A stretch of DNA of 64,000 nucleotides, taken from an uncultured delta proteobacterium. Lineage in GTDB: Bacteria; Desulfobacterota; BSN033; UBA1163. Shown here piece after piece: positions 12,113 through 22,300 of the stretch. The stretch is from the NCBI GenBank assembly GCA_963827685.1, contig CAWHBU010000003.1, forward strand, positions 608,001-672,000. The letters are read 5' to 3'. Position 1 is the stretch's first letter, and every line of letters begins with the position of its first letter. The translations under genes were made by a program, and so were the position numbers. The notes under the pieces were generated by a model, which saw only the letters and a program-made list of their open reading frames with translations, was not told the origin of the DNA and made no database searches.

Positions 12113-12535
12113 TTATTCAATCTCCAGACCCATGCTCCTTGCTGTCCCCTCGATCGTGCGGATCGCACCCTCCATGTTCACGGCGTTAAGATCTTTGAAC
12201 TTAATTTGGGCAATCTCCCGAATCTGGTCTCTGGTGACTTTGCCCACTTTGTTGCGATTGGGTTCCCCAGAACCTTTCACAATTTTTGCCGCCTTCTTCA
12301 AAAGAATGGAAGCAGGCGGAGTTTTGGTCACAAAGTTGAAGGACCGATCTGAATAGATAGTGATCACCACGGGGATGATCATTCCTTCTTGTCCCTGGGT
12401 CCGACCGTTAAAGGCTTTGCAAAACTCCATGATGTTGACCCCGTGTTGTCCCAGGGCCGGCCCGACCGGGGGAGAAGGGTTGGCTTGCCCTGCCTGAATT
12501 TGAAGCTTTACCATTGCCGCCACTTTCTTTGCCAT
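12113..12535 (-). CDS. rplK: 50S ribosomal protein L11
   Basis: [23 protein letters not shown]. Confidence 0.98.
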   Translation of the reverse strand: MAKKVAAMVKLQIQAGQANPSPPVGPALGQHGVNIMEFCKAFNGRTQGQEGMIIPVVITIYSDRSFNFVTKTPPASILLKKAAKIVKGSGEPNRNKVGKVTRDQIREIAQIKFKDLNAVNMEGAIRTIEGTARSMGLEIE

Positions 12536-12559
12536 TGCTCACTCCTCAAATGAGGACCA

Positions 12560-13090
12560 TCAATTCTTTTCCACTTGGATAAAATCCAGTTCGACTGGAG
12601 TCGCTCTTCCAAAGATAGAGACTAAAACCTTCAATTTCCTTTTTTCAGGTTTGACCTCTTCAATGGTCCCAATAAAGTTGACGAAAGGACCGTCGATGAC
12701 TCGAACGCTATCTCCGACGCCTAAAGAAACTTTAGGTTTTACCCTCGAAACACCTTCTTTCATTTGAGACAAGATCTCATCAACCTCTCCCTCTGAGATG
12801 GGGATCGGTTTGGTACCATCGCCGGCAAAACCCGTGATTTTTGGGGTGTCCTTGACGATATGCCATGTCTCCTCGTTCAATTCCATTTTCACCAATATAT
12901 ATCCAGGGAATATCTTTCTCTGGGAGGTCTTTCTCTTTCCCTTCACCAACTCCACCACGGTCTCCATGGGGACTAATATGTTGGAGAAAAATTCTCCCTT
13001 GCCCAAGTTTTTAATTCGTTCTTCTAAATTCTGTTTGGCCCTGTTTTCGAAACCTGAATAGGTGTGGACCACATACCACTGTTGCGTCAT
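12560..13090 (-). CDS. nusG: Transcription elongation factor NusG
   Basis: [21 protein letters not shown] (VIDGPF...[12 protein letters not shown]). Start likely ATG 13090 (ORF track 13129). Confidence 0.96.
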   Translation of the reverse strand: MTQQWYVVHTYSGFENRAKQNLEERIKNLGKGEFFSNILVPMETVVELVKGKRKTSQRKIFPGYILVKMELNEETWHIVKDTPKITGFAGDGTKPIPISEGEVDEILSQMKEGVSRVKPKVSLGVGDSVRVIDGPFVNFIGTIEEVKPEKRKLKVLVSIFGRATPVELDFIQVEKN

Positions 13091-13134
13091 AATGTTTACC
13101 ATTTGAATGGAGGAGGAAGTCCATTCCATCCCTT

Positions 13135-13353
13135 TTAACTCACTGCCCTCTTCAATAATTGCTTGATGAGATTTGACAGCCCAGAATCAACAATCCCTAA
13201 GAAGATGGCAATGATAAAAACAGCCACCAAAACAACAAGGGTACCCGAAAGGGTATCCTTCCTTGAAGGCCAGGTTACCTTTTTCAGTTCGGTTTTAACC
13301 TCCCTTAAAAATTGTATTGCCGCTTCAAATTTGTCTTTAATTGAAAATTCCAT
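13135..13353 (-). CDS. secE: Preprotein translocase SecE
   Basis: [17 protein letters not shown] plus one TM helix. Confidence 0.96.
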   Translation of the reverse strand: MEFSIKDKFEAAIQFLREVKTELKKVTWPSRKDTLSGTLVVLVAVFIIAIFLGIVDSGLSNLIKQLLKRAVS

Positions 13354-13380
13354 CTATTCTATTCCATAAGTAATATGGCA

Positions 13381-13462
13381 GCCGTGAACCATGTAAGATT
13401 CCTGGCTTGCCATGAACCTAGCATGGTACATGGCTTGCCACGTACCGAATATGGTTCATGGC
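13381..13462. repeat. Three tandem 28-bp palindromic units abutting the tRNA-Trp 3' end
   Basis: Consensus GCCATGAACC-N6-GGTTCATGGC-TT at 13381, 13409 and 13437. Confidence 0.85.
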
Positions 13463-13535
13463 AGGCCAGGAGGGATTCGAACCCCCATCACCCGGATTTG
13501 GAGTCCGGTGCTCTATCCGTTAGAGCTACTGGCCT
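13459..13535 (-). tRNA. tRNA-Trp (CCA)
   Basis: AGGCCAGTAGCTC...CCGGA-CT-CCA-AA-TCCGG...GGTTCGAATCC...GCCTGCCA. Confidence 0.96.
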
Positions 13536-13618
13536 GTATCTCTATCTGGACAGTAGAGAGCAGAGAGTGGAATGTCGATAGAAATATAAAACAACCCTCC
13601 ACTTTCTACTTTCCATGT

Positions 13619-13768
13619 CTATTTCGTCTCTTTATGAACGGTATGTTTACGACAGAACCGGCAATATTTCTTGAACTCCAACTTATCCGGAGTGGTCCGC
13701 TTATTCTTAGTCGTAGAATAGTTCCTCCGCTTACACTCTGTACAGGACAAAGTCAAAATATTCCTCAT
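13619..13768 (-). CDS. rpmG: 50S ribosomal protein L33 (Zn-ribbon, C+ type)
   Basis: Manual translation: [49 protein letters not shown] (49 aa, below ORF-track cutoff). Confidence 0.95.
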   Translation of the reverse strand: MRNILTLSCTECKRRNYSTTKNKRTTPDKLEFKKYCRFCRKHTVHKETK

Positions 13769-13802
13769 CAAATACTCCTAAACGGGAGGTTTACCCTCTC
13801 CG

Positions 13803-15002
13803 TTATTCGAGGACATCACTGATGACGCCTGCCCCCACGGTACGACCCCCCTCCCGAATCGCAAACCGCAACTCCTTCTCCATCGCGATCGGCGTAATCA
13901 ACTCCACCGTCAACGCCACATTGTCCCCTGGCATCACCATCTCCACCCCCTCCGGCAATGCCGCCACCCCCGTCACATCCGTCGTCCGAAAATAAAACTG
14001 CGGCCGATATCCATTAAAAAACGGCGTATGCCGACCCCCCTCCTCCTTCGTCAAGATATACGCCTCCGCCTTAAACTTCCGATGCGGTGTGATCGACCCA
14101 GGCTTGGCCACCACCTGACCTCGCTCCACCTCCTCACGCTTCACCCCTCGAAGCAACGCCCCGATGTTATCCCCCGCCTGACCCTGATCCAACGTCTTAC
14201 GAAACATCTCCACCCCCGTACACACCGTCTTCATCGTCGGCCGTATCCCTACCACCTCCACCTCATCACCCACCTTGATCACCCCTCGCTCTACCCTCCC
14301 CGTCACCACCGTCCCCCGACCCGAGATGCTAAACACATCCTCTATCGGCATCAAAAACGGCTTGTCAATATCCCGAACCGGCTCCGGGATATACGTGTCC
14401 ACTGCATCCATCAGCTTCCAAATCCCACTACACCACTGACAATCCGGCTTCCCACAACCACACTCCAGAGCCTTCAAGGCACTGCCCCGTATCACCGGCG
14501 TCGACTCCCCAGGAAAATCATACCCCGATAGTAACTCCCTGACCTCCAACTCCACCAAATCCAATAACTCCGGATCTTCCACCATGTCCACCTTGTTCAA
14601 AAACACCACGATGTAAGGCACTCGCACCTGCTTGGCCAACAACACATGCTCCCGCGTCTGCGGCATCGGCCCATCCGCCGCCGACACCACCAAGATCGTC
14701 CCATCCATCTGCGCCGCCCCCGTGATCATATTCTTGATATAATCCGCATGCCCCGGACAATCAATGTGCGCATAATGACGCTTCGCCGTCTCATACTCCA
14801 CATGCGCAATCGCTATCGTCAACCCACGCTCCTTCTCCTCCGGCGCCTTATCAATCTGATCAAACGCCATATAGGAGGCCAAATGCTTCGTCGCCAATAC
14901 CTTCGTGATCGCTGAGGTCAACGTCGTCTTCCCATGATCCACATGACCGATCGTCCCCACATTGACATGCGGCTTCGTCCTCTCAAATTTCGGCTTCGAC
15001 AT
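13803..15002 (-). CDS. tuf: Elongation factor Tu
   Basis: [31 protein letters not shown]. Confidence 0.99.
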   Translation of the reverse strand: MSKPKFERTKPHVNVGTIGHVDHGKTTLTSAITKVLATKHLASYMAFDQIDKAPEEKERGLTIAIAHVEYETAKRHYAHIDCPGHADYIKNMITGAAQMDGTILVVSAADGPMPQTREHVLLAKQVRVPYIVVFLNKVDMVEDPELLDLVELEVRELLSGYDFPGESTPVIRGSALKALECGCGKPDCQWCSGIWKLMDAVDTYIPEPVRDIDKPFLMPIEDVFSISGRGTVVTGRVERGVIKVGDEVEVVGIRPTMKTVCTGVEMFRKTLDQGQAGDNIGALLRGVKREEVERGQVVAKPGSITPHRKFKAEAYILTKEEGGRHTPFFNGYRPQFYFRTTDVTGVAALPEGVEMVMPGDNVALTVELITPIAMEKELRFAIREGGRTVGAGVISDVLE

Positions 15003-15053
15003 GGCTCAAACCCTCCTTATCTCTCGAAAAGATCTTTCAATCCACCTTTTCCT

Positions 15054-15129
15054 TGGAGCCCACGATCGGATTTGAACCGATGACCTCTTCCTTACCAAGG
15101 AAGTGCTCCACCGACTGAGCTACGTGGGC
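15054..15129 (-). tRNA. tRNA-Thr (GGT)
   Basis: GCCCACG...CTTCC-TT-GGT-AA-GGAAG...GGTTCAAATCC...CCA. Confidence 0.96.
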
Positions 15130-15212
15130 CAAAAATAAAGAAAAACCTGTCAATCAAAAAGACAGGCTGGCCGAATTATTTAAAGATAAATTAACAATAC
15201 AATTTATCACAA

Positions 15213-15288
15213 TGGAGCGGGAAACGGGGATCGAACCCGCGACCCTCAGCTTGGAAGGCTGATGCTCTACCAACTGAGCTACTCCCGC
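15213..15288 (-). tRNA. tRNA-Gly (TCC)
   Basis: GCGGGAG...TCAGC-CT-TCC-AA-GCTGA...GGTTCGATCCC...CCA. Confidence 0.96.
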
Positions 15289-15504
15289 GTATGAATAAGA
15301 AGCAATCTTCACCAATCGCAGATATCCAATCACCAAATTTTCTTCTCGCCTTATTTAAGTCAAAACCCTTCCGGTGAAGATCAAACTCTCCCCCTGTCAT
15401 GCCTGACAGAGGTAGATAATGAACCACGCTTACGGCGTTTGAATTATTCAATTTGAATTTAATAATAAGGTTGAATGGTTCAGACAATCGCCCGCTGGCA
15501 AGCC

Positions 15505-15589
15505 TGGTGGAGAGGGGAGGATTCGAACCTCCGAAGGCATCGCCAACAGATTTACAGTCTGTCCCCTTTGGCCGCTCGGGAACCTCTCC
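15505..15589 (-). tRNA. tRNA-Tyr (GTA)
   Basis: GGAGAGG...ACAGA-CT-GTA-AA-TCTGT, long variable arm, CCA end; 85 nt. Confidence 0.96.
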
Positions 15590-15701
15590 GACTCTAAATC
15601 CTCATTTTTTTGATTGAACATTTCCTCCTGGTATAGAAAAAGAATGGGAAATCAATGAGTTACATTAGTGGAATAAGGATCACAAAGAATTTAACTTATT
15701 A

Positions 15702-15730
15702 TTATTAACAAAATAATTCCTTTTTGTCAA
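15702..15730 (-). promoter_or_regulatory. Putative sigma70 promoter of the tRNA-tuf operon
   Basis: TTGACA-N17-TAATAA on the minus strand, with AT-rich upstream DNA. Confidence 0.55.
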
Positions 15731-15769
15731 GAAATTTTTTAAGAATTTTGAAAAAAAATAAATAATTCC

Positions 15770-15798
15770 TTGCCCCTAACTCTGCTTACCCATATACT
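15770..15798 (+). promoter_or_regulatory. Putative sigma70 promoter of the cytochrome gene
   Basis: TTGCCC-N17-TATACT, 50 bp before the start. Confidence 0.4.
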
Positions 15799-15847
15799 AT
15801 ATTTCAGCCTCATTCCAAATCTAAATCAATGATGGGGGGTACTCGCT

Positions 15848-17680
15848 GTGAAAAAATTGGGAGGGTGCTTTTTGACCATTTCAGTCGCACTGTCTTTCTC
15901 TCTGTTTTATGCCACTTCAATCCTTTCCCAAGATACATTCCATCAAAAGATTACCCTTAAGGGATTCGATGGGCGTTCACTTACCTTTGAGAGTAAAATG
16001 CCTTACAGCCCTAAAAAAACCTGTGGGGGCTGCCACGATTATAATCAAATTACTAATGGTTACCATTTCCAGCAAGGCCGGACGGATGGAACGGGTAAAA
16101 TCGTCGTGAGTGATACATTCGACCCCAAATATCCTTGGAGTCTGTCCTCAGGCATGTATGGCAAGTTTATGCTGGCTTCTATGGATTCAAGCCAATTGGC
16201 TAAGAAAGTTAATCAACATCCCTCTGAAATTGACAAATCCTCTTTTTCTTTTGTTCAGAATTGCGGGGTCTGCCACCCCGGAGGGGGATGGGGTGAATAT
16301 GATCGGAGCGGTCACCTTTACTATGACGAAGAAAGTAAGAAGTTCGGTTATGAAGATTCAGAAGGAAGTCATCTGTTGGATGGAGACTATACTCCGTTTA
16401 GTAATGGGGATGCTCAATACGGAGCTCCCTGGGACCAAAGCGGCGTGAGCGAAGCCGACTGTCTCATCTGCCACTTAAAGGGGTATCAATGGAAAGAACG
16501 GGCCGCGACCTTGAGAGGAAAGTTTTTTAAGTACGGGCCTACGGTTGGAGTCGGATGGGCGAATATTAAACTCTCTCAGGATGAATCGGGAAATTCAAAA
16601 GTGGATGAGGTAACAGTAGATTATGCCAAAAAAGACGTGGCTGATTTCGAAAATCTTCACCTTCAGATTGTAAGAAGACCCCCTGACGAGAATTGTTGGT
16701 CCTGCCATGCCACGGCTGACGGAAAAAGGAGAGGTCGTCAGTGGAATCCAGAAAAGGATGTCCATAAAGCTAAAGGCCTCCACTGCCTCTCCTGCCATCC
16801 CAGCGATAAGGAGCATCATTTTGCTAAAGGAGATACCATCCAGCAGACAGTGCGAAATGACTTGAACAATAGCATGTATTCCTGCGAAGACTGCCATTAC
16901 AAAGGCAAGGACAAGAAAGCGCCCAGATACAAACATCCTTTCTCCCCACGTCATTTGAAGCTTATCGCCTGTCAGACTTGCCATATTCCCTTTCTGACCA
17001 CCCCAGCAGACCTCGTTTATGAATATGCCTCAACGGGAAAGCCTCTTGTCTATGATACCTCAAAATTTCTCTCCAATGATCCTCTGAACCCCAAAAAGCC
17101 AGTCCCTGGAGTAGACCCAAACATCTGGTATCCTGCTACAACAAAATGGAAGGGTAGAATCGTTCCTGTTAAATCATTAGCGGTTAGCTACTGGGGAGAC
17201 GTGGATCCAAAGACCAATGTGGTGAGACCAATCCCCCTTTGGAAGATACAGGAATTGAAAAAACCCCCTCTCAAAGATGACAATGGAGATGGAATTCCCG
17301 AAGTGAATTCTCTTGATGAAATCAAAGCCTTTTTGAAGGCACTGAAGGGGAATGATAAATATGGGAATCCTGTAGCCTTACATCCCGTGTTGATGAAAGG
17401 CGGTTTTCTTTACCAGCTGGATAAAAAAGGAGAGGTGGAAAAGATGAAACACGAGCAGGCTGAAGTTCTTGACTTCTCTCTCAGCCATAATGTGATGTCC
17501 GGACCGGATGTCATCGGTGCTCGGGGTTGCAAGGAATGCCATGCTAAGAACTCTTCGTTCTTCTTAAGAAAAGTTCTGATCGATCCTTACGATGAGAAAG
17601 GGAAACCCGTCTATATTGAAAATTGGGAACGTCTCGGAATCGATAAAGAAAAATTGAGCCGACTTTTACTGGATCAATAA
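15848..17680 (+). CDS. Exported octaheme cytochrome c
   Basis: Signal peptide and eight CXXCH motifs (CGGCH, CGVCH, CLICH, CWSCH, CLSCH, CEDCH, CQTCH, CKECH). Confidence 0.9.
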   Translation: MKKLGGCFLTISVALSFSLFYATSILSQDTFHQKITLKGFDGRSLTFESKMPYSPKKTCGGCHDYNQITNGYHFQQGRTDGTGKIVVSDTFDPKYPWSLSSGMYGKFMLASMDSSQLAKKVNQHPSEIDKSSFSFVQNCGVCHPGGGWGEYDRSGHLYYDEESKKFGYEDSEGSHLLDGDYTPFSNGDAQYGAPWDQSGVSEADCLICHLKGYQWKERAATLRGKFFKYGPTVGVGWANIKLSQDESGNSKVDEVTVDYAKKDVADFENLHLQIVRRPPDENCWSCHATADGKRRGRQWNPEKDVHKAKGLHCLSCHPSDKEHHFAKGDTIQQTVRNDLNNSMYSCEDCHYKGKDKKAPRYKHPFSPRHLKLIACQTCHIPFLTTPADLVYEYASTGKPLVYDTSKFLSNDPLNPKKPVPGVDPNIWYPATTKWKGRIVPVKSLAVSYWGDVDPKTNVVRPIPLWKIQELKKPPLKDDNGDGIPEVNSLDEIKAFLKALKGNDKYGNPVALHPVLMKGGFLYQLDKKGEVEKMKHEQAEVLDFSLSHNVMSGPDVIGARGCKECHAKNSSFFLRKVLIDPYDEKGKPVYIENWERLGIDKEKLSRLLLDQ

Positions 17681-19122
17681 TCTTTTAGCGAAAAGAGTTC
17701 ATCGGGGATGCCCCCGAGACCCCCCGCTGATCTAAGCTTATTTTGAATCGTGGTCCCAGCCCTCGAACCCTCGACCCCTTTCAAGACATTGGAATGATGT
17801 TGAAGGATATTCCCTGACCGGCTGCGCCAGAATTGGTAGTTATGCCCAGACTTTCCATTAAAAGGTTGAACAGGAACCTGATGGTTTCCTTCTCTTAATA
17901 GCTTCTCAAATTCTTTATTCCCTTCCGCAATCCCGTCAAACCCTTCGTTCGATCCGTAGTCAAAATAGAGCCACTGGGGTAACTCACTTATTCCTTCCTT
18001 TTTGATCAGGGTAAAGGGATTGTTGGCTCGGATATATATTGGGTCAAGAGAAGAACTGGAAGGAAGTTTATGAGGCTCGAGGCGGCCGAACACCCCTAGA
18101 AATTCAGGCAGAACCATCTTCAGCATCCACTTATCTTGAAAGAGTCCGATGTCGAGAAGTCCGCTCTGGCTGCTCAGGGACTGGAAAAGATGGGGATATT
18201 TCAGTCCAAGCTTTATCGCTCCGAATCCCCCCATTGAAATACCACCCAGACCCCTTCTCCGAAGAAGCCTCTCCCTGAATGGAGATTGAGATTCTATGTA
18301 TTGCAGAAATTCAAGAAAATAGGATTCATGTTTTCCCAGGGCGCCAGGCTTCATATAAAGGAAAGGAAAGAGCGAATAATTCAGGGCCTCTCCAGGGTAA
18401 AAATCATCACAAGCCTTTTGATTCTTTGTTTCAGGGAAAAGTTTCTTCCCCTCATTCGCATCCGTATAAAACCCATTGTCTCCGTCGGGAAGGACGATGA
18501 CCATCTTCTGAAGGGGATGAAATGGATCGTTCATATTTCTTTGGGGATGAAGGTTATGGGAAACGATCGATTGGGCAATCTCCTTCGGAGTATAATCACT
18601 TTTGGAGAGACCGCCGTATTGAGAGAGTTCTTGGAACCTCATCTCAAGCGATTTTTCCAGATCCCGATAAGTCTGATTTTTCAAATCCATCATCGCATAG
18701 GCAATGACAGCAATACCTTCGTGGAAGAGCCAATGATATTCTTCCTCCTTCACCTCACAAAGTAGCCTCTTTGCTTTTTCAGGAGAGTGGACCTTCCACC
18801 AAATTCCTGTCCGATGAAAGTTATACCCATGGAGAAGAAAGAGAATTGGATATTTGGTGTTCAGATTCTGGAAAAAATCTTCTGGCAGGACGATGAAAAA
18901 ACTTTTCTCCTTACCCAGCGCCGTCGAAAAGAATGTCTCATATCGAACCAGATATTGAAACCTCTGGGACGCCTTTGGGAAAAGGAAATAGGAAAACTCT
19001 GGATCTTCAGGACAACAGGGCGGTTGAGCACTGGAGGAGAGAAAGGAGCCTACGAAGAGGACAACGACGCAAAGCCCCATTACCAGGAACGAATACCATC
19101 TTGTAGTCTTCATCAAAGGCAA
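17674..19122 (-). CDS. Exported alpha/beta-hydrolase (putative esterase family)
   Basis: YPILFLLHG, GISMGG nucleophile elbow, GHNYQFW; N-terminal hydrophobic signal. Confidence 0.8.
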   Translation of the reverse strand: MPLMKTTRWYSFLVMGLCVVVLFVGSFLSSSAQPPCCPEDPEFSYFLFPKASQRFQYLVRYETFFSTALGKEKSFFIVLPEDFFQNLNTKYPILFLLHGYNFHRTGIWWKVHSPEKAKRLLCEVKEEEYHWLFHEGIAVIAYAMMDLKNQTYRDLEKSLEMRFQELSQYGGLSKSDYTPKEIAQSIVSHNLHPQRNMNDPFHPLQKMVIVLPDGDNGFYTDANEGKKLFPETKNQKACDDFYPGEALNYSLFPFLYMKPGALGKHESYFLEFLQYIESQSPFRERLLRRRGLGGISMGGFGAIKLGLKYPHLFQSLSSQSGLLDIGLFQDKWMLKMVLPEFLGVFGRLEPHKLPSSSSLDPIYIRANNPFTLIKKEGISELPQWLYFDYGSNEGFDGIAEGNKEFEKLLREGNHQVPVQPFNGKSGHNYQFWRSRSGNILQHHSNVLKGVEGSRAGTTIQNKLRSAGGLGGIPDELFSLKDY

Positions 19123-19300
19123 TATATCTTTAAAAATGATTCATGACAATAACAAATGGATAAAAATCTATTAAGACTGTTTGAACATCCTCTGGGATTG
19201 GTTTAGAGTATAGGGGATGGGGGAAAGGGTGAAAATGAATTCCTCCTGCCCTGGATCGGCAATTCGTATCCCAGAACCGAGAGTTAGAAGGAGAAAGGAT

Positions 19301-20689
19301 ATGGAGAGAGGTTTAGCGGGAATCGAGGCGATCTTCAATCCAGGATCTGTTGCAGTGATCGGGGCTTCGGACAATCCGGGGAAATTGGGATCTCATGTCA
19401 TGAGAAGCCTGACGGAAGGGCGATATCCTGGCAGAATCTATCCTGTCAATCCAGGAAAAAATGAAATCCTGGGGATCAAAACCTACCCTTCCCTTCCCCA
19501 GGTCCCTGATACCGTTGATTTGTCCATCATCGTCCTCCCAGCCGAACAGGTGCCGCGAATAATAAAGGAATGTCGGGAAAAGAACGTCAAGGGAATCGTC
19601 CTCATCACCGCCGGATTTAAAGAAATTGAAGATAAAAGAGGAGAGATATTACAGAAAGAGATAACAGAATTGGCATGCCAGTCCAACATCAAGATCATCG
19701 GCCCGAATACCTTTGGAATTGTAAATCTCCATCTTCCCCTTAATGCATCGTTTACACCGGAATTCTCCTTGATGGAGAAAGGGGGAATCAGCTTTGTCAG
19801 CCAGAGCGGAGGGATGTCTCACCTGATGGCCTTTCTATCTCTTCAAAACAAAGTTGGATTCAGCAAAATCGTCGGATTAGGAAATCGCTGTAACGTTGAT
19901 TTCGCGGAGATGGTCGAATACCTCCTCCGCGATGATCAAACCAAGGTCATTGCCCTGTATATGGAAGGAATCGATTTCCCGAAGAAATTGATGGAGGTGG
20001 CCAAGAGTGGAAATCGGGAAAAACCTATTCTCGCCTACAAGGTCGGTCGCTCCTCCACAAGTGATAAGGCGTCCCAGTTTCATACGGGTTCCCTCGCAGG
20101 GAGACATGAGATCTACGAGGGCGCCTTCAGGCAGGCAGGTATTCTAACGGTAGGAAGCTCGGAAGAACTCCTGGATGCGGCAAAGGCTTTGGCCATGTGT
20201 CCATTTCCCGGAGGAGCCAAAGTGGCTGTGCTTTCGGGTCAGGCCGGTCCCGGGATGGCGGCCTGCGATGTCTGCGAGATGGAAGGGCTAACGATTCCTC
20301 CTTTCTCGGTAGAAACCCAAAGGAGAGTGGACGAGCTCCTTCCTCCTCTTGCCATCAGAACAAACCCGGTGGATATGGGACCGGCATGGTATGACTCAGA
20401 AGCCATCAAAGGGATTGTACAGGCTGTTCTCGAAGATAAAAGGATTGATGCCGTAATTCTATGCCTCATGTTCGCATCGGCCAACAGGTCTGCTGTCGGA
20501 GTCTTGGGCGACCTATTATCGGAAAGGAGAACAAAGAAGCCGATCCTCTGCTGTCTTTCCTCCCCTCCGGGAATCTGGAATGATGAAATTAAACGGCTCG
20601 AAGGATCGGGTATTCCAAATTATCCTACCCCGGAAAGGGCTGCCAAAACTCTTGTCAACCTTTACAGGTTCAAGAATACGAGAGGTTAA
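19301..20689 (+). CDS. Acyl-CoA synthetase (NDP-forming) alpha-subunit-like CoA-binding protein
   Basis: SVAVIGAS, IIGPNTFG, SQSGG, HTGSLAG, NPVDM. Start likely ATG 19301 after AAAGGA. Confidence 0.88.
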   Translation: MERGLAGIEAIFNPGSVAVIGASDNPGKLGSHVMRSLTEGRYPGRIYPVNPGKNEILGIKTYPSLPQVPDTVDLSIIVLPAEQVPRIIKECREKNVKGIVLITAGFKEIEDKRGEILQKEITELACQSNIKIIGPNTFGIVNLHLPLNASFTPEFSLMEKGGISFVSQSGGMSHLMAFLSLQNKVGFSKIVGLGNRCNVDFAEMVEYLLRDDQTKVIALYMEGIDFPKKLMEVAKSGNREKPILAYKVGRSSTSDKASQFHTGSLAGRHEIYEGAFRQAGILTVGSSEELLDAAKALAMCPFPGGAKVAVLSGQAGPGMAACDVCEMEGLTIPPFSVETQRRVDELLPPLAIRTNPVDMGPAWYDSEAIKGIVQAVLEDKRIDAVILCLMFASANRSAVGVLGDLLSERRTKKPILCCLSSPPGIWNDEIKRLEGSGIPNYPTPERAAKTLVNLYRFKNTRG

Positions 20690-20773
20690 GCTTGGAAGAA
20701 GATACTCTCATTCTTACCACGGGGAGACGAATAGGACTTCTTCAGGATTCATGTTTAAAAACCTTTAACAGGA

Positions 20774-21133
20774 TTATTTCTTGGGATTCAAGATTTCCTC
20801 CACCAAACTCTTCATGCTCGAGAGATCTAAGGGTTTTGTTAAGAAGGCATCGGCCCCTGCCTCTCTAAAAAAGGCTTCGCCCACACCGGATCCAGACATG
20901 ATCAAAATCGATAAGGAGGGGTAATACAGCTTTATCTTTTTTGTTAAATCAAGACCATCCATTTTAGGCATTGCAAAATCAGCGACGACAAGATCATATT
21001 GTTTTTTCTCTACCAGCCTGATTGCCGCTTCGCCATCTTCCACACTCTCTACCTCATACCCGTTCAAAAGAAAGAATTTAGACAAGAGATCCCTTATTTC
21101 TTTTTGATCATCGACAAGCAAAATTCTTTTCAT
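20774..21133 (-). CDS. Single-domain response regulator (REC)
   Basis: ILLVDD, DFAMPKMDG, KP. Confidence 0.9.
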   Translation of the reverse strand: MKRILLVDDQKEIRDLLSKFFLLNGYEVESVEDGEAAIRLVEKKQYDLVVADFAMPKMDGLDLTKKIKLYYPSLSILIMSGSGVGEAFFREAGADAFLTKPLDLSSMKSLVEEILNPKK

Positions 21134-21238
21134 TTCGCCCTCGTTTGATGTAAGAATTTAGAAATTGAGTAGATAATTACAACCATTAATTGTAAAAGTC
21201 AAGAGGAAAATACAACCAGTGGTTTATAGACATTCCCG

Positions 21239-21682
21239 ATGCACCCTTATATTCGTTTACTTAAGGATGGGCGAACGAGTTTGGAGCAATCAGTGACGAA
21301 GAGCCACAAACAGATAGGCATCGAAATCAAGAGAATTCGAGAGACCCGTGGAATGTCTCAAATGGAATTAGCCGAAGAGGTGGGGGTTTCGTTTCAGCAG
21401 ATTCAGAAATATGAAAAAGGCATCAATAAGATTTCTGTGGAGAGGATTCAGCAAATAGCAAAAGCCTTAGGGACTTCAGTGAATACTTTTTTTGAAAAAG
21501 AAAAAGTTCCCATGGTGTCAGAACCTCCCGATGAATATTTCCCCAAGGGGACATTGATGGACGTGACTCGGGAGGAGGCCAAACTGCTCCAACTTTTCCG
21601 GAAGATTGATAATAAGAAAATAAGGGAAGGTCTTCTTCAGCAACTGAGGGGACTCGCAGAGTTACTGGAAAGAAAGGAATAA
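21239..21682 (+). CDS. XRE-family HTH transcriptional regulator
   Basis: MSQMELAEEVGVSFQQIQKYEKGINKIS. True start may be downstream. Confidence 0.9.
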   Translation: MHPYIRLLKDGRTSLEQSVTKSHKQIGIEIKRIRETRGMSQMELAEEVGVSFQQIQKYEKGINKISVERIQQIAKALGTSVNTFFEKEKVPMVSEPPDEYFPKGTLMDVTREEAKLLQLFRKIDNKKIREGLLQQLRGLAELLERKE

Positions 21683-21737
21683 GGATCTCTTATGGATTGA
21701 ATAAATTCAGATTTTTGTATACGATAAGCTCATCTCT

Positions 21738-22178
21738 TTGGAGGAAAGGATGGGCTTTTTCAATTCCCTTCTGATACGGATCACTTTGGCAGTTATCGGA
21801 GGAATCTTCTATGCCTTTCTTACCTATTTGATCGTCGTGTTCCTTAATCTTCCCTATGAATTTGCCTTCCTCGCAGCGGTCTTTGTCTACCTCTTCTACC
21901 TGAGTTCAAGGCTTCTTCTCCTCTTCTCTGGAATCGACTCCCCCTATTATTCCAAAGGAAGAAAAATGCCTTCAAAAACATCTATTAGAGAAAACTATTT
22001 CTATGACACGGCCCAATGGGTCGGAAAATTTTATCATCGACATGACCTTATCCTCTTTGTTTTTCTGGGTATCCTATCCATTGTTTTTCTCATCTCCCTC
22101 GTCATGGATGGGTTGAATGGAAACCCTTTTGGAAATACGATTCAAAATCTGTGGAATACCCTATTGCCTATTCGCTGA
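21738..22178 (+). CDS. Hypothetical membrane protein (about 3 TM helices)
   Basis: Hydrophobic segments. Start probably ATG 21750 after GGAGG. Confidence 0.7.
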   Translation: MEERMGFFNSLLIRITLAVIGGIFYAFLTYLIVVFLNLPYEFAFLAAVFVYLFYLSSRLLLLFSGIDSPYYSKGRKMPSKTSIRENYFYDTAQWVGKFYHRHDLILFVFLGILSIVFLISLVMDGLNGNPFGNTIQNLWNTLLPIR

Positions 22179-22300
22179 CGCTCATCTGTTCTACCAAACC
22201 CACTGAGTGGTGGAATGTCTCAAAGCTCATTAACCAAAAGATAAAAATGGGCGTAGGCCTAAATCACGGATAATTTATCATCAACGGAGAACATGGTAGG

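Noticed and set aside
13381-13462. Possible mini CRISPR array
   Set aside because: The variable parts are only 6 nt and no cas genes are present.
14430-14462. [11 protein letters not shown] Cys cluster in EF-Tu
   Set aside because: I recall similar Cys-rich loops in EF-Tu of other anaerobes, so it is probably not novel.
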